This document shows, piece by piece, positions 11,813 through 25,400 of a stretch of 64,000 nt of DNA. Position 1 is the stretch's first letter. The number at the start of each line of letters is the position of its first letter. A program made the position numbers and the translations under genes. Below the pieces are notes generated by a model, which was not told the DNA's origin, searched no databases, and was given only the letters and a program-made list of their open reading frames with translations. This stretch comes from Eledone cirrhosa (lineage: Eukaryota), in the NCBI GenBank assembly GCA_964016885.1, contig OZ024753.1, positions 43,152,001-43,216,000 on the forward strand, in the 5' to 3' direction.

Positions 11813-12784
11813 TCATCATCATCATCATTTAATGTCCATTTTCCATGCTAGCATGGGTAGGACGGGCTGACCCTTTGTGAGGGATCAGGTCTCAGGTCTG
11901 TGTTTCACTCACACAGGGCTAGATATATAATTCTCCAAATACTTCCTCTTTTCTCTGTCTTCTTATGTCATTACCTCTCTCTCTCTCTAATATATATACA
12001 TACACACACACACAAACACTTACACACACACACATATATATATACATATATATATATATACAAAAATAATACATAATAATGTAAGAAGCCAGACAAATGA
12101 GGAAGTATTTAGGAATTAGAAAATTTTCTTTTTCTTTTTGGTGTCTTTGAAGAATATTCTACAAAGAAAGTTTGATGAACAAATGGCTGAGTATCTCAGG
12201 AAGTGTTTATTATCTTGATTGGTTTTCAATCAGAAATACTTAATAAATATTAATCCATCAATCACACTGAGTAATAATAATAAGAATTCATCTTATTTCT
12301 AATATAATTATCGATTATAACTAAGATTATTGATTAGAACAATAATACAATACGGAAGTAAGTGAAATATTATTTGGTGATTAACATTCATAAGTAATTA
12401 CCATACAGTGCTAGGTTTGTTTATTGTTGTTGTTTTGTTGTTATTGTTTTCATTACATAATCATAAACTCTTAATATCAATAACTTATTTGGTGATTTAA
12501 CAGCTGATTACAATATTTTACGTTTGAAGATGTTTCTGATGTACGATAAGTTTTGTCACTAATTTCATTTAATTAATCAATATTTTTCTTTATAGCGGTC
12601 AATGACAACATCTTCATTGGAGGTGCCCCAGCATGGCCTCAGCTATCAGCTGGAACACGTGAAAAAGTAAAAGAGTATATATTTTGAGGGCACGTTTTTT
12701 TCTATATCATGTAAAATATTTACAACCATACATACACAAGCCTTCCGCCACTAAGGGGCTTTTGAGACTTAAGCCGCTCCAATA

Positions 12785-12975
12785 GTCATCATCATCATCG
12801 ATTAACGTATATCTTCCCTGCTAGGATGGGTTAGACAGGTCCCATTTAGAGGCATGTTGGGTTGGGTGACCGTGTCTCGCTCATATAGGGGTGTTTCTGG
12901 CTGGTTTTCTACAGCTAGATGCCCTTTCTAACGCCAACCACGTTTACAGTGTGTGCTGGGTGCTTTTTGCTGTGT
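12785..12975 (-). mobile_element. SINE family D
   Basis: catcatcatcg tail, gggtgaccgtgtctcgctc and gatgccctttctaacgccaacc. Confidence 0.8.
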
Positions 12976-13044
12976 CTTTTAACAATTTGTTTCAATATAC
13001 TTGTGCTTTGTTTTTACTACACTGATATCCTATTGACTCTAAAT

Positions 13045-13095
13045 ATGTGCACCTGAGCACTGTACACAATATTTTCATTATTATCATTATTATTA
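13045..13095 (+). mobile_element. CR1 3'-tail stub
   Basis: gtgcacctgagcactgtacacaatatt matches the tail at 27127-27160. Confidence 0.6.
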
Positions 13096-13213
13096 TATCT
13101 TTAATTTCTTTCTTAGTTTCATATTGCTGATAAAAAAGTGTGAGCTAATAATAATAAAACACATGAACAGTATATGTACTTAAGCCCCCTCCTTGTCCCA
13201 AAAGTGTAACAAA

Positions 13214-13512
13214 TCATCCTGTAGCCTTGGCCAAAATAGACTCAATAATTGATCTCCACATGGGTCTGTCGCTCAGGGCAGTAGCTGGGTTCTGAATGTG
13301 AAAACCAGCATTCTTGATTACGACAACTGGATAGGAGAGCTTGCTGCAGCCCCCAATTTCACTTCCAACAGCATGGATCAGCTCGAAGCTACGATAAACA
13401 ATACTTGCCCAAGATGGCTCACTATTAGATTGAATCTGTGACATCATCATCATCATCATCATGTAGCCTTGGCCGAAATCTTGACATGGGTCTGTCGTTC
13501 ATGGCAGTAGCT
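13214..13512 (-). mobile_element. Decayed RTE-type LINE 3' end(s)
   Basis: Translates KLSYPVVVIKNAG..TALSDRPMWRSII. A related piece at 13818-13945 reads KLSYPDDVVAKDTG. Confidence 0.6.
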
Positions 13513-13515
13513 AGA

Positions 13516-13817
13516 TCATCATCATCATCCTCATTTTACGTCTGCTTTTCCCTGCTTGCAAGGGTGGGACAGGTTCTATTCAGCACAGCATCTCTCCACT
13601 TGTCACGGTCCTTCGTCATCTCCTCGGTGAGCTTCAGCAATCTGAGGTCTGCTCTCACCACCTCTGCCCTTATTTTTCATGATCTTCCTCTACTGCGTCT
13701 TCCTTCCACTGGGATTTCTTAGCACTTCTTTACACAGCAGTCATCCTCCATGCACATCACATGTCCATACCATTGCAGTCTTCTCTCCTGCACACTACAA
13801 CTTATCCCTCTTAGACT
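13516..13817 (-). mobile_element. RTE-clade LINE 3' end (partner of SINE B)
   Basis: ERRLQWYGHVM..VEGRRSRGR..TKDRDKWR followed by an (ATG)n tail. Confidence 0.9.
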
Positions 13818-14329
13818 GGGAACACCAGTATCCTTGGCTACGACATCATCTGGATATGAGAGCTTGTTGTGACCCCCTTTATCTCGAGACAGGTACAGGG
13901 TTCCAATGTACCAAAGAGGACACAGCTTCATTTGAGAAACTAGGGACCTGATAACAACAAATTAAATTCCTTAACAATTTGGCCATGTTATGTCCACACC
14001 TTCCTAATACTCTGTTGGGGGGAGGGGGGGGGTAGACATGATTGGCATTTTATACGGTCATTTGATATGAAAAGAAATATATATATTTCATTGATATATA
14101 TTTCATAATGAATGTTGTAATGCGATATTGAATATTTTCCGAATTATATTTCCGTCTAATATCATTTATTTGTAGGAATGTGCGGAATAAATCCCACTGA
14201 GATAAATAATAGATAAATGGTAATATTGGAGCAGAAAATAATATATAAAAGATTACCTCCATTAAAAGATAGAGAAATATAGAGAAAAAAACAACAAATC
14301 ACACACGCACACACATACACACACACAGA

Positions 14330-15145
14330 ACTGAGAGAGGGGAGAGACAGAAAGATAGAGAGAAAGCGAGTGCGAGAGAGAGAAAACAGAAAGATAGAGA
14401 GATCAGAGAAAGAGAGAGAGAGAATAGAGAGAGAGAGAGAGAGAAAGAGAGAGAACAGAGAGAGAAAGAGAGAGAACAGAGAGAGAGAGAACAGAGAGAG
14501 AGAGAGAACAGAGAGAGAACAGAGAGAAAGATAGAGAACAGAGAGAGAGGGAGAACAGTGAGAACAGAAAGATAAAGAGAGGAGAGAGAGAACATAGAGA
14601 GAGAGAGAGAGATAGAGAAAGAGAGCGAGAGAGAGAGAGACAGCAACAGAGACAGAAATAAATAAATATATATATATATATATATGTATATACACACAAG
14701 TAAACAGCTAAAATATATTGTTTCTAATAAATTATTAAGTGATGAAAACATTCAGAAGTATTTTCCTGTATTTTTGTTATTTTTATTATTTTTATTATTT
14801 TATCATTGAATCCCTGTGGGATCAATAAAATAAGTAACAGTGTTATACCTTTGTCGAATCAATCAACTATAAATACAGCCTTACCTTAGGAAAATAGGTG
14901 TTGAAGGAATAGTGGAGAGAGGGGATAGAGAGAGGGAAGGAGTGAGAGGGAGAGAAGGAAAGGAAAAGAAAGAGAGAGAAAGAAAGAAAAGGAACGAAAA
15001 GAAAGAGAGAAAGAAAGATAAGGAAAGAAAGAGAGAGAGAAAGAAAAGGAACGAAAAGAGAGAAGGAAAAGGAGCGAAAAGAAAGGGAGAAAGGAAAGAA
15101 AAAAGTGAGAGAAAGAGAGAAAAGGAAAGAAAGAAAAGAAAGAAC
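14330..15145. repeat. (GA)n and GA-rich low-complexity tracts
   Basis: Two purine-rich blocks, 14330-14655 and 14910-15145. Confidence 0.9.
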
Positions 15146-15497
15146 AAAATCAATATATATTGTACCAATTCTCTTCCATTCTTCCTCTCTCTCATTATAT
15201 ACGGAATGAAATCCCGTCAGTCTCAACGAGAGGTGTTTTAGTTGTTCAACCAATGGAACAGCCAGCTTCTGAACATGTATGTAGCTGAGCATACCTCCTT
15301 TCTTTTTTTTTTTGCTATTTTCTGCTACAACATTACATGATGTAAAGAGTTAATGGTAGTGTTAGTAGCGTTATTGGTTTGTTGGGGGTGAGGGTTGAGG
15401 GGTGGGGGTTATTAACGTTAGTACCGTTATTGGTTTGTTGGGGGTGGGGGTGGGGGTTATTAACGTTAATACCATTATTGGTTTGTTAATATTACTA

Positions 15498-16010
15498 ATG
15501 TAGGCGGGAAGCCGCTAGAATTGGTTGAGGACTTCCTGTATTTGGGAGCAAAGATTGGGAACACGGAAGATGATGTGGTTGAGAGGAAGAGCAAAGCCTG
15601 GGTGGCGTGCCACAGCTTAAGATCGGTGTGGAAGTCAGAACTTCGTAAAGACCTGAAGATCCACCTCTTCGTTGCTGTAGTGGTGTCTGTGCTGCTGTAC
15701 GGGTCTGAGACTTGGACACTGACTAAGAAACTCACTCAGATGGTGGATGGGTGCTACATGAGAATGCTGAGGATGGCTCTGAACATTAATCAGTATACCC
15801 TGAGGATGAAGAACTCAGAGCTGTATGGGAGCCTCCCAAAAGTCAGCTCAAAAGTGACACAGAGGAGACTGAGGTTAGTTGGACATGCTCACCGACATCC
15901 AGAGTTGACACTGGTCTCTTGGAGACGCAGGACATGGCAGCAATAATGAGGGACAGAGACCACTGGAGAGAACTCGTCTATGGATCTCGGGAATTTTATC
16001 CGCCCTAGAT
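15498..16010 (+). mobile_element. RTE/RTEX-type LINE fragment
   Basis: RT C-terminus, internally deleted, with 3' end MRDRDHWRELV. Confidence 0.85.
15521..15946 (+). CDS. Partial LINE ORF (RT C-terminal region); not a complete gene
   Basis: VEDFLYLG..SVLLYGSETWTLTK..RRLRLVGH motifs typical of RTE-group RTs. Confidence 0.6.
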   Translation: MVEDFLYLGAKIGNTEDDVVERKSKAWVACHSLRSVWKSELRKDLKIHLFVAVVVSVLLYGSETWTLTKKLTQMVDGCYMRMLRMALNINQYTLRMKNSELYGSLPKVSSKVTQRRLRLVGHAHRHPELTLVSWRRRTWQQ

Positions 16011-16068
16011 ATTGTTGGTGGTGGAGGGGTGGTGGTTATTAGTGTTAGTACCATTACTAACTGATCTG

Positions 16069-16222
16069 GTGGCTACTCATCTCTCAGACAAGCCAGAGAG
16101 CTGTCATCTCACTTATGTTCCCTGCTAACAAGGCTCGGATAGGACTATAGAGACCACGTCAGTACAGAAGTGGTAGCTACTGATCTCCCAGACAAACCAG
16201 GGATCTGTCGTCTCACTTATGT
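16069..16222. repeat. ~50-bp direct duplication
   Basis: gctact.atctc.cagacaa.ccag..ctgtc.tctcacttatgt occurs twice. Confidence 0.75.
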
Positions 16223-17112
16223 ATGGTCTGACCTTCTACTCATTCTTGTGACTGAAACCAGTAAAAGAATAATATCAAATTATTTCCATATATTTTGTTC
16301 CATAAACAATTACAAACACTATATTTTCTTCTATATTAAATAGACCTACAATATTTTTGAGTGTAATTGTATAGCCATATGTAAAATATATTTTTTTTAA
16401 ATCCAAAGAAATAAGCCTCACTTGAAGAAATGCCAAAGTAGTTAAAACATGAGACATCTTAATACAATCAATCTGATCATTTGCATATAATTTGCATATG
16501 AAAGCCATGTCATGGAGATTTGAAATGATGTCAAATATGTATTATTGTAGAATACAAATATTAAACATTTCCTGGAGGTATTATTTCAATCCATGAATAT
16601 TTATCTTTCTGGAACATTCTGTTCCGTTTCAAAAAGGAAAATTATTGTTTCTAGAATTCTAATCACTTTTTTTCGGAGCTCTTTTACTTGTCAATTATTA
16701 CTTTGTTTATATAATTTTTTCTTCTTTCCTTTATGAGGACATAAATATTTAGATTTACCATATCTATTTTAAATAGCACTTTTGTATTGTCCATCAGTTA
16801 TGATTATCCGGAGTAAATAATGAAAAAATGATTTGTCAAGGAATAATATCCATGTGTCAAAGTTATTTATTTCGGATGATTGATAGCTATATTTTGTTGC
16901 CTCAAAAGGATACACTTCTTTTCAATAAACACAATATCAGCAATTGTATATATAGCTGAAATACATCACCTTCGAACCCGAAATTTTGAAAATGCCTACA
17001 TGCACAATACACACCCACACACACACATATATATATCATCATCATTATTTTAATGTCCGCTTTCCCTGCTAGCATATTTATAAATAATAATAAGCATAAT
17101 AAACTATATGTT

Positions 17113-17144
<32 letters not shown>

Positions 17145-17325
17145 GGATCCCAATGTAAATTTGGAGGCAACCATTATTATAAAAAGGTACTCAATAATTT
17201 AAAAGAGTATAGGTATATTTATTTTATTATAGAAATGACTTCTATGGGACTAGAACTGATTTATTCCCAAGAAATCATTGAATGAAACAATTCTAGTCCT
17301 GTAGAAGGCATTTTTATAATAAAAG
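17145..17325 (-). mobile_element. Diverged family 2 palindrome+tail element
   Basis: IR tatagaaatgacttct../..agaaggcatttttata and tail with aaggtactcaata, between TA tracts. Confidence 0.65.
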
Positions 17326-17350
17326 AATATATATATATATATATATATAT

Positions 17351-17653
17351 GAATGTGTTGAGAGAGAAACTGTGTCTGAGAGGGATGGAATGTAGTGTGC
17401 GAGAGAGGAGACTGAGGTGGTATGGACATGTGATGCCGATGGGTGAAGAAGTGTCAGGAAATGCCAGTTGAAGGAAGACGTGGTAGAGGTAGACCACGAA
17501 AACATGGGCGGAGATGGTGAGAGTGGACCTCAGATCGCTGAAGCTCATGGAGGAGATGACAAAGGACCGTGACAAGTGGAGAGATGCTGTGCTGAATAAG
17601 ACCCGTCCCACCTTTGCAAGCAGGGAAAAGCAGACGTAAAATGATGATGATGA
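17351..17653 (+). mobile_element. RTE-clade LINE 3' end
   Basis: RRLRWYGHVM..GRRGRGRPRKTWAE. Same family as 13516-13817. Confidence 0.9.
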
Positions 17654-18375
17654 TATATATATATGTATGTATCTATACACACATATGATGATGATGATAT
17701 ATATATATATATATATACACACACATATATATATATACATATATATAGATATACAATGCAGTATATATAAAGAACAAAGGATGACAAATAAAACAAAACA
17801 AAGTAATGTTTTACCCAGCATATTTCAGGGCTATTACTCTCTTTTCAAATGTAAAACAAATATGTTTCAAAACAAAAATGAACGATCGATGTGTTCTCCC
17901 CTAACTTGTTTACATATCTCACAATGCTTCATATTAACAATACTACTATATTATATAGAATATATCTTAAGCAGAATGTATTTTATATTTTGTACATATT
18001 TAATCTTGGTCCTCAAGCAGAATACAATTCCAGCATGGTTAATTTTAGACTGTAAAGTACATATCATTTTCTAATCCTTAATGTTTTTTGTGAAATACAA
18101 AAATTCGCAAATGTAAAACAGGGATTATAAGGAAGATTGTAACAGAGGGAAACTACCGAAAATAATTCCATTTCTTATTTAATCTCAACAGATTTCCATG
18201 TAGAATATTCCATATCTATATTCATATTTTTCTAGAATTTCATATTGATGTTCTGTCACTACCATATCCCTAATAAAAGACACTGCCTATGTCATTAATC
18301 CTCTCATTTCCATATTTCTAACAAAAGACACTACCTATGATTTTCAAATGATTTTGAAAGTAATCAAGGATTTAA

Positions 18376-18596
18376 CCCTTTAGCATTTAAACCAGCCATA
18401 TCCATCCAGAATTCTCTCAACTTTTTCTTTCCAAACCGGCCATAACTGGTTGTTCATACTGACGTTAAGATATTGTTCTTAAAATAAATAGTATCAAAAT
18501 CTTGGAGATTCCATATTATGTGAGATAATTATGTGAAATAAAGCCTTTACTACAAAAATACAAAAGTAAATATAGAGTAATGTAATTGCTAAAGGG
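18376..18596 (-). mobile_element. piggyBac-like MITE with TTAA TSD
   Basis: TTAA|ccctttagca...tgctaaaggg|TTAA (18372-18375, 18597-18600). Confidence 0.85.
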
Positions 18597-19296
18597 TTAA
18601 AGGAATTTAGTAACATAACTTCAAAGTTTAACCTTTTCATTACCATATTCCTAATAAAAGACATTGCCTATGTCATTAACCCTCTCATTGACATATTTCT
18701 AACGGAAGACACTACCTATAATTTTGAAAACAATGAAGAATTTAAGGAATTTAGTAATATAACTAACTTCCTTATTATTGAGTTTGGTGTATGGAATATA
18801 ACAGGTTGTTAAATAAAATTATGTTGGAAGGATTTTAGATAAATAAGACTTTAATAATGTTATAATAAGAAGCTGTGTTCTGGTGATATCTCATAATATC
18901 AGTGCTGTCTGGCATTTCCTGGCAGCTGAATATCTAAAGATTTCCTTTTATATTTGTTTTGTTGCTAATATAAAATGCCTTAAGATACAGCGAGATTTAA
19001 ATTTTTATGTTCTAAACACACATGCTAATTAAAAACTGACAGTCATAAAGACATATACACTGGCACACAGTTACTCATAGGTACACATGCATACACACAC
19101 AACCACACATATACATACACACACACATACGCACATACACACACATACACAATCACACACACAATCACACGCACACATATGTACACATACACACATACAT
19201 ACATACACACACAACCACACATATACACACATGCATACATACACAACCACATTGTCACTTGAGGTAGATGGTTGAGTGTGTATGTAGGGAAGGGGA

Positions 19297-19337
<41 letters not shown>

Positions 19338-19871
19338 GAGATAATGAAAAAAATGGAGACGATAATGAAAAAAAAGCATGCAGAGAGCTGGAAATTACAT
19401 TTGTTTTTACATCCTGTTTATTTCTAATCTCTCCTACAGCAACTCCAACTCCTTTAGAACATTCCTTCTTTCTTTATTAGATTTTATAAAAACTCATAAT
19501 TTCATATAGACATGCACACACACACACATACATACACACATACACTTATACACACACACACACATACATACACACATACACTTATACACACACACACACA
19601 TACATACACATACACACACGTATATATGTAGAAACCAAGTCAGATCTGTATAAATAAGAGGACATCTCATCTAACCCATGCTAGCGTGGAAAAATGACCG
19701 TTAAATGGTGATGATGATGATGATGGTGATGATACATACATAGTGGCCTTCAACCTGTTAGACAAACTGATGTACAGAGGTCCCCACATGTTGGGAATCA
19801 ATCTCATAACCTCACAATTGTATATCTAATGCTCTAACCACTAAATCATATATATATATATATATATATAA

Positions 19872-20075
19872 TAGTAGAACACTGGAGAGTTATATCCGTA
19901 GTAGTGGAGCACTTAGTCCATGGGACGAGTTTGGTAGAAGTAGTAACACAACAGTTAGTACACCATACCAAGAACAATTGTTTCACCTGAGTCGGATCTT
20001 CAGCTCGGTCTAAAGACATCTTAATATAATCAATCTAATCATTTAAGATGTCTTTAGACCAAGCTGATGATCCGA
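19872..20075 (-). mobile_element. Family 4 palindrome+tail element with HHR
   Basis: Abuts a TA tract. IR 19993-20024 / 20043-20074. The inverted arm is cut by a SINE. Confidence 0.7.
19967..20009 (-). ncRNA. Minimal type I hammerhead (palindromic stem III)
   Basis: accgag-CTGAAGA-tccgactcaggt-GAAA-caattg-TT-cttggt. Confidence 0.8.
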
Positions 20076-20257
20076 ATGGCAGTATCGGTAGAGGGTCGGA
20101 CACCATGCTTTGACGCATAGAGTTACGGCCCTTGACATTCTGAGTTCGAATCCCGCCGAGGTTAACTTTGCCTTTCATCCTTGTGGGGTCGATAAAATAA
20201 AGTACCAGTAATGCACAGGGTAATTGCTGGCCTTGTGCCAAAAAGTAGAAACAATTA
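20076..20257 (+). mobile_element. SINE family A
   Basis: Near-full match to the family consensus. Confidence 0.9.
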
Positions 20258-20357
20258 TATATACTTTGCAAAGTTTTATGTATAATATAAAGCAAAACAC
20301 ATGTTCTCCTCAGACAAAATGTATAGAAAATGGAACTGGACAGTTCAGTGACCACCA

Positions 20358-20392
<35 letters not shown>

Positions 20393-20559
20393 GTTAATAT
20401 AAATTAATATATTTGATAAATACAAATCCCAACATATTCATGTTTGTATTGTAAATGACCAAGTTAGCTAGATTGAAATATACTAATAATAATATTACAG
20501 TTTGCCTATCTTGACTTAAGATAATAAATCAACAAAAACAAATTGTATTATTACTATAT

Positions 20560-20680
20560 ATAGTAATAATAATAAATTTGAAGACTAAAATCCAAAGATG
20601 GCTCGATAAGGATAAATATATATCAAATATATAAGAATCCTAGATTCTTTGCTTAAACTTTAATCTGTTATTTTAATAAA
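20560..20680. mobile_element. Family 6 element with internal deletion
   Basis: gaagactaaaatccaaaga..ctcgataaggat joined to ttctttgcttaaactttaatctgttatt. Confidence 0.7.
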
Positions 20681-20687
20681 TATATAT

Positions 20688-20918
20688 ATGTTAGGTAATT
20701 CCGAAGGAAAAGCAAAGAAAAAAAGAGTGCTCTATGTATAGAACAGAGCTATTTAATTAGAAAGTGAACAACACAAGATATAACTACTCCATTACCAAAG
20801 GTAATATAACATCTCTATCTGATGAACGATCCAGACATATATAAATATTGTCTGGGATCCAGAAACCTTTGGTAATGGAGTAGTTATATATTGTGTTGTT
20901 TAATTTTTAATTAAATAT
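20688..20918 (-). mobile_element. Family 5 palindrome+tail element
   Basis: IR 20749-20802 / 20865-20918. Tail homologous to 50652-50715. Confidence 0.75.
20813..20880 (+). ncRNA. Type I hammerhead ribozyme
   Basis: ctctat-CTGATGA-(gatc/cagaca..tgtctg/gatc)-GAAA-cctttgg-TA-atggag. Base of stem II is mispaired. Confidence 0.7.
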
Positions 20919-20927
20919 ATAAATAGA

Positions 20928-21263
20928 GAGGCACATGGGTTAGTGGTTAGAGCATTGGCCTTGCAATCGAAAGGTTGTGAGTTCAATTCTCAGACCGGGT
21001 GATGTGTTGTTTCCTTGAGCAAGACACTTTATTTCACATTGCTCCAGTTTACTCAGCTGTAGAAATGAGATGATAGGGACTGGGGTCCCTATCATTCCAC
21101 TGCAAAGTGGTCGTGGAGGTGCCATGGCAAAAAAGCACCCAGCACTCACTGTAAATGAGGTTGGTGTTAGGAAGGGCATCCAGCTGTAGAAATCAAGCCA
21201 GAATCAGTTCCCGTCCCACCCTTGCAAGCAGGGAAAAAGCGGACGTAAAATGATGATGATGAT
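20928..21263 (+). mobile_element. Full-length SINE family B (tRNA head, CORE-like body, RTE tail)
   Basis: Box A/B head, ccttgagcaagacacttt body, and a tail matching the RTE 3' end. Nearly identical to 36521-36874. Confidence 0.92.
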
Positions 21264-21704
21264 ATAGTGCAAGGTCAATCATGAAAAAGTGAAAACAGAC
21301 AAGGAGAACAAATATTAAAAGAGTTAATAGTCATTAGTTAACTCTTGGGAGAAATGGTAAAAAGGAAATGCCACCAACATATTGGGTGTAAGTCCTTCAT
21401 CGGGAGAGAAACAAGAATGGGTGAGAAGTTAGGAAATGCCAGAGACAGAAGAGATTAATTTCATTTGTTTAAACTGCAGACAATTTCTGGAACAACAGTT
21501 GTCTATTTTTGAAATAAAACCATATATGAAAAACCATTTTTTTTTCTACATGGTTCTGCTAAATCAATTTGTCTGAACAAAATCATTCTAATAGACATCT
21601 AATAGATAGGTAATGAGTTAGACACAGTTACCTGATTATATAAACATCGACATAGCACCAGACATTTATATATTGGGTCTGTCTATACCTTGGTAGTGGT
21701 ATCT

Positions 21705-22095
21705 GTGTGTGTGTAGGGGGGGGGGATGTATGTGTGAGGGGGGGGGGTATATGTGTGTCTGTCTATGTATGTTTGTGTTATGCTTGTGTGAGCATATGTT
21801 TGGGTGTGTGTGTGTATGTCTGTGTGTGTGTTTGTACAATGGCATCAGTGAGTGTATGTCTGTGTATGTATGTCTGTGTGTGTGTCTGTCCAATGGCATC
21901 AATGTGTATGTCTGTGTGTGTGTATGCCTGTATGTGTGTGTCTGTACAATGGCATCAGTGTGTGCGTGTGTGTATGTCTGTATGTGTGTGTCTGTCCAAC
22001 GCAGTATATTTACATTTGAATGTTTCACTTTTTATGTTTATATACAAATAACACTTACGTTTTTATGTTTTGTCTAACTACCCCCTCTCCCTCCC

Positions 22096-22137
<42 letters not shown>

Positions 22138-22280
22138 AATATACACATATACTTACATATACACATATACTTACATATACACACACATACATATATATAT
22201 ATATAGAGAGAGAGAGAGTGAGATGGATATTATACATATATATTTATAGAGAGAGAGTGAGATGGAGATATGGAGGTGTG

Positions 22281-22314
<34 letters not shown>

Positions 22315-22489
22315 GGTATATCGGAGTATATATATGTGTGTGATTGTATATGTACATAACCATAAAAACATTCAAATATGTTACACACACATATATATAT
22401 ATAAAGAAATAATTGATATATATAAACACTCATTATATATATACATATATATATATATATAATAATAATTGATATATATAAACACTCAT

Positions 22490-22550
<61 letters not shown>

Positions 22551-22768
22551 ACACTCATAAATACATCCATATCTATCTACACATATATACCTATAGTCCT
22601 ATACACATATGTATATCTATAGATATACATATATATACTTATAGTCCTATATTCATATATACATATATAGATATACCCATATATACATATATACACACAC
22701 ACATAAATATATATATATAGTCCTATATTCATATATACATATATAGATATACCCATATATACATATAT

Positions 22769-22799
<31 letters not shown>

Positions 22800-23116
22800 G
22801 TCCTATATTCATATATACATATATAGATATACCCATATATACATATATACACACACATATATATATATATATATAGTCCTATATTCATATATACATATAT
22901 AGATATACATATATACATATAGACATATATATATATAGTCATATACACATATAGACATATATATATAGATATATATAGTCATATACACATATAGACATAT
23001 ATATATAGATATATATAGTCATATACACATATAGACATATATAGATATACATAAACACACACACATATATATATATATACACATATAGTCATATACACAT
23101 ATATAGATATACATAT

Positions 23117-23197
<81 letters not shown>

Positions 23198-23740
23198 TAT
23201 AGTGATATACACATATAAGCATGCAGCATTGCTCCACTAGTTTAATGTGTTCTGTCTTTTTGAAGTAACGCTTACAAAATTCTCTACAAAATTTTATTAC
23301 AATTATCCAATAACTTGGCAGGTTCCAATGAAGCATGGCCTATTAGAAGTTTGCATATAAACGTGCGCGATTGAATAAATAAATAACAACATCTTAACTC
23401 TACATACTATATACAAAGTGGGCCTACATTTGGTTTATTTGAACAGGAAATGTCACTTCCTTTTGCCCACAATTCTCATTTCAAAATAGCTGTTCTAATA
23501 TCAGAACAAATAACTAGAGAATAACCGCACATGTGCTGTATGTATTAGTGTTTATATGGGTATATATATATATGTGTATATATGTATACATATATGTATA
23601 TATATGTGTGTGTGTGTGTGTGCATGTGAGAGTGTGCATCTATATATATGTATTTATATCTATATATGCATATATATATATATGTATTTATATCTATATA
23701 TGCATATATATGTATGTATATGTATATATATATATGCATA

Positions 23741-23773
<33 letters not shown>

Positions 23774-23834
23774 GCATATATATATATATATGTATATATA
23801 TATATGCATGTATATGTATATATATATATGCATA

Positions 23835-23865
<31 letters not shown>

Positions 23866-24344
23866 GCATATATATATATATATGTATATATATATATGCA
23901 TATATATGTATATATATATATATATATATATGCATATATATATATATATGTATATATATATATGCATATATATGTATATATGTATATATATATATATATG
24001 CATATATATGTATATATATATATATATGCATATATATGTATATATATATATATATGCATATATATGTATATATATATATATATGCATATATATGTATATA
24101 TATATATGCATATATATGTATATATATATACATATATGCATATATATATGTATGATTATATATATGCATATATATATATATGTATATTTCCTAATTTTTA
24201 ATATATATATATATATAAGTGTATATATGTATGTATGTATATATATATATATATGCATGTGTGTATGTATATATGAGTATGTGTGTGTGTGTGTGTGAGA
24301 ATATGTAATGCGTTAGCGACCACACATATATATATATATATGTG

Positions 24345-24385
<41 letters not shown>

Positions 24386-24404
24386 CTGTGTATATATATA
24401 TATA

Positions 24405-24437
<33 letters not shown>

Positions 24438-24495
24438 GTGTGTCTGTATATATATACATATATATACATATATATATAAATATGTATATATATAC
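21705..24495. repeat. Extended TA/CA/TG microsatellite and derived minisatellite field
   Basis: Low complexity except a unique island at ~23205-23535. Confidence 0.9.
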
Positions 24496-25079
24496 ATGAA
24501 TGCATTTACACGTTGATGTGTTGATTTTCTTTTAAATTATGGCGTAATCATCATATTGATCAATTGATCATAGCTGTAGAAGAGGAAGGCTTTATAATCT
24601 ATCGGAACATTTGTGAAGAAAAAAAAAGTACTGAAGGAATCATAAGATTGCGAATGTTCTCATTTGTCTTTTTAGCAGGGAACATACCGACTCATTCATA
24701 ATAACTACGAAACCATAGCCAAATGGAATAGAATTCTGAAATCCCAGGAATTATCTGTAAATTATTTTATTTTTTTCAGCCTGTGGCGTTCAATATGTTT
24801 TGGGGGTAGCCAGGCTGCAGATAATGAAGTTTTTGTTATTGCCAGTAGCTCAGACTTTCTGAAATATTAGGTAATGCTCTTTATGAGAGCGCTTGGTTGT
24901 TTTTTTGTACCTTAGCCTTGCTATCACTCAATCTTAACTGAATTATAATGTGATGCTCAAGGTAAAGACGTTTTGTAATATCCAGTGCTTTAGCTTCTTC
25001 TTCTTCTTTTTCTTCTTCTTCTTCTTCTTCTTCTTCAATTTTTTTTTATAATGCAGGTAACAATTAATCCCTAATTAGG

Positions 25080-25400
25080 GCTGGGTCCTGCCTAACAACG
25101 CTCTTTAGTGTCCTGCTCCATGTGTTTCTATCAACCGGTCTCACTTGGGCCAGGCCAAGCCTAGCTTGATCCCGATCCCAATGGACATCCTACATCCAAG
25201 TCCTTTTTGGTCTCCCTGGGCCTCTACTTCTCCCTGGATCCTCATTCATTCCTCTGTTGATCCAGTCCTTACCACACTCAACATGGCCATACCAGTGTCT
25301 CCCTGGGCCTCTACTCTACTGCTCCCTGGATCCTCATTCATTCCTCTGTTGATCAAGTCCTTACCACACTCAACATGGCCATACCAAACGTGTGTCTTGA
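25080..25400 (-). mobile_element. RTE-type LINE 3' end (different family) with internal tandem duplication
   Basis: WYGHVE..GRSRGPGRPKRTW. 25211-25295 is repeated at ~25297-25385. Confidence 0.75.

Noticed and set aside
20928-21000. tRNA gene
   Set aside because: The tRNA-like box A/B head continues into a SINE body and tail and is multicopy, so it is not a standalone tRNA.
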